In this document: positions 61,998 to 64,000 of the stretch, piece after piece
How the letters are laid out: the number at the start of each line of letters is the position of its first letter
How positions within the stretch are numbered: position 1 is the first letter of the stretch
Source of the DNA: Narcine bancroftii
Taxonomy: Eukaryota
Direction: 5' to 3'
DNA: 64,000 nucleotides
Assembly: GCF_036971445.1 (NCBI RefSeq)
Contig: NC_091480.1
Coordinates: 87,110,001-87,174,000 of the forward strand
Notes under the pieces: model-generated
Databases searched by the model: none
What the model was told of the DNA's origin: nothing
Seen by the model: only the letters and a program-made list of their open reading frames with translations
Program-made: the position numbers and the translations under genes

Positions 61998-64000
61998 AGT
62001 CAAGTTTATTGTCATCTGATTGTACAAGGAGAACCCGATGAAACAGCGTTCTCCGGTCCTCAGTGCAAAAGCATGCAGACATACAACCAGACACAAAATG
62101 TACATATGCAGGGCAAGTATTATATCTATAAAAAAATAAATATTGTTTTTGTACAAATGAGAGTCTCCAATGGATAGTGCGAACAGTTCGTTTGGTTGTT
62201 CAGCATTCTCACTGACCATGGGAAGAAGCTGTTCCTTAGTCTGGTAACGCTGGTTCTAATACTCCTGTATCTCTTCCCTGATGGGAGCAAATCAAAGATG
62301 CTATGTGCAGGGTGGAAGGGGTCCTCAATGATTTTGTGTGCCCTCTTTATACGATGATCCAATGATCCTCTCTACCGCTCTTATGGTCCTGTGGATTGAC
62401 CACCGATCCATTTATCTGCAACAACCGTACCACACTGTAATGCAGCTGGCCAGGACGCTCTGGATAGAGCTCCTATAGAAGATTCACATAATGGTACCCA
62501 CTTCAATCTTCTCCGGAAGTGCAGTCACCATTGCGCCTTCCTAACAAGTGAGGAGATGTTGAGTGTCCTCGACAGATCACCAATTTAAGTGGAGCTCTCC
62601 ACACTCTCTACTACAGATCATCTCCTTCACTTTGTCCACACTGATACTCAGGATGCTTTTCATCTACCATTTCAGGAGATTTTCCACCTCTTCTCTGTAG
62701 TTATTGCTGAGGAAGCCAGCTACAGTTGTGTCGACCGAACACTTGATCTCACTGTTGGTGCTGGATGTGGTGACGCAGTGATGGGTCACCAGGATGATTA
62801 GGAACAGGGTGAGCATACAGCCCTGCTCTGCATAACATAGGGAACATAGGAAGTAGGAACAGGAGTAGGCCAAAAATGGCCCGTCGAGCCTACTCAGCCA
62901 TTCGATAAGATCATGGCTGATCTAATTTATGACCTAACTCCATCTACCTGCCTTCTCCCCATATCCCCTAATTCCTCAATCATGTAAAATTTATCTAACC
63001 GAATTTTAAATATGTCTAATAAAGCAGCCTCAACCACTTCCCTGGAGAGAGAATCCCAAACATTCACTACTCTCTGGGAAAAACTATTTTTCCTCATCTC
63101 TGTCCTAAATCTACTCCCCCGAACCTTGAGACTGTGTCCTCTTGTTTTAGTTTCCCCAGCCAGCTCAAAAAACCTTCCTACATCTATCCTATCCATACCC
63201 TTCATAATCCTATATGTTTCTATAAGATCTCCTCTCATTCTTCTGAACACGAGTGAATACAATCCTGGACGATTTAATCTTTCAAGTGATGACACTTCAT
63301 ATTCTGCTACCAACCTGGACAGACTGTGGTCTTTCAGTTAGGAAGTCCAGGATCCAGTTCCAGAGAGGGTGTCGAGTCCCAGTGAGGACAGCTTCTTCTC
63401 CACCACCCTCTAGAGGAATGATGGTATAAAAGTCGATGAACAGCAGGCTGGCGTATGAAGCATCCTTCTCCAGGTGGCCAGGTCGGAGTGAAGCATCAAT
63501 GCTATATTATCATCTGTGGAACAGATTTCTATTGGTAAATTGAAATGAAACCAGTGTCTCTGGGAGGCATGCTTTGATGCGTTCCAACACCAGATGCTCG
63601 AAGAATTTCATAATGGTGGTGGTCAGTGCCACAGCCTGTTATTTTTGCCATATTGGGTACCGGGATGATAGTAGCTGTCTGGAACCCTGTGGGAGTGATG
63701 GACTGCTTTAGTAAGGTGTTAATGTCTGTGAAGACCTCCATCAACTGGTCTGCACAATCCTTCAGTACCCGAACCAGATATGTTGTCTGGTCCCGCCGCC
63801 TTGTATGGGTTCACCTCACCTCAGCCATGGCTGTGTGGGGGGGGGGGGGGGGGAGGTGGGGGGAATTCATCAGGGGACACAGTACTTTCATAGGTGGAGG
63901 CATCATTTTCATATTCCTTAATTGGCAAAGTTGAATTGTGATCCGTAATAGTCTGATCTCTTGCCACATGCGCCTCTTGTCGCCAGTGTCACACAGCTAT
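61998..64000 (-). mobile_element. Rex1/Babar LINE split by a CR1
   Basis: KIIEDPFHPAHSIFDLLPSGKRYRSIR..RLRNSFFP; EVFTDINTLLKQSITPTGFQTATIIPVP. Confidence 0.9.
62832..63285 (-). mobile_element. CR1 LINE 3' end, young, nested in Rex1
   Basis: RPGLYSLVFRRMRGDLIETYRIMKG..TRGHSLK..FSQRVVNVWDSL, with a (ctatgtt)-type tail. Confidence 0.95.

Noticed and set aside
1-64000. CRISPR array, prokaryotic operon or endogenous non-retroviral virus
   Set aside because: No repeat-spacer structure, and no long coding region other than TE remnants.

Overview
Repeat-dominated, AT-rich vertebrate DNA. The mix of CR1, Rex1/Babar, Penelope, RTE and L1/Tx1 retroelements, tRNA-derived SINEs, solo LTRs and hAT, pogo/Tigger-like and Chapaev3-like DNA transposons suggests a cartilaginous fish (inference). 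I recognise no host protein-coding exon or intact RNA gene, so the window looks intronic or intergenic, with TE-poor islands that may be conserved regulatory DNA. The three ~700-aa ORFs are artefacts of a 2-kb, 14-bp-unit minisatellite. The most notable structures are: (1) a 5.8-kb KIAA1586-like hAT element (41157-46991) that splits one Rex1 LINE and encloses the minisatellite, unassigned DNA, an L1 3' end and an RTE insertion; (2) a 481-bp internally deleted LTR retrotransposon with a perfect 5-bp TSD; (3) a 107-bp copy of nearby unique DNA inside a CR1; (4) Chapaev3-like, Charlie-hAT and AviRTE-like elements, which are horizontal-transfer candidates; (5) a tRNA-Thr-headed SINE; (6) Penelope-end palindromes with decayed hammerhead ribozyme cores. 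I find no convincing wholly new biological system. Family names come from motif recognition, not database searches, and boundaries of old fragments are approximate.
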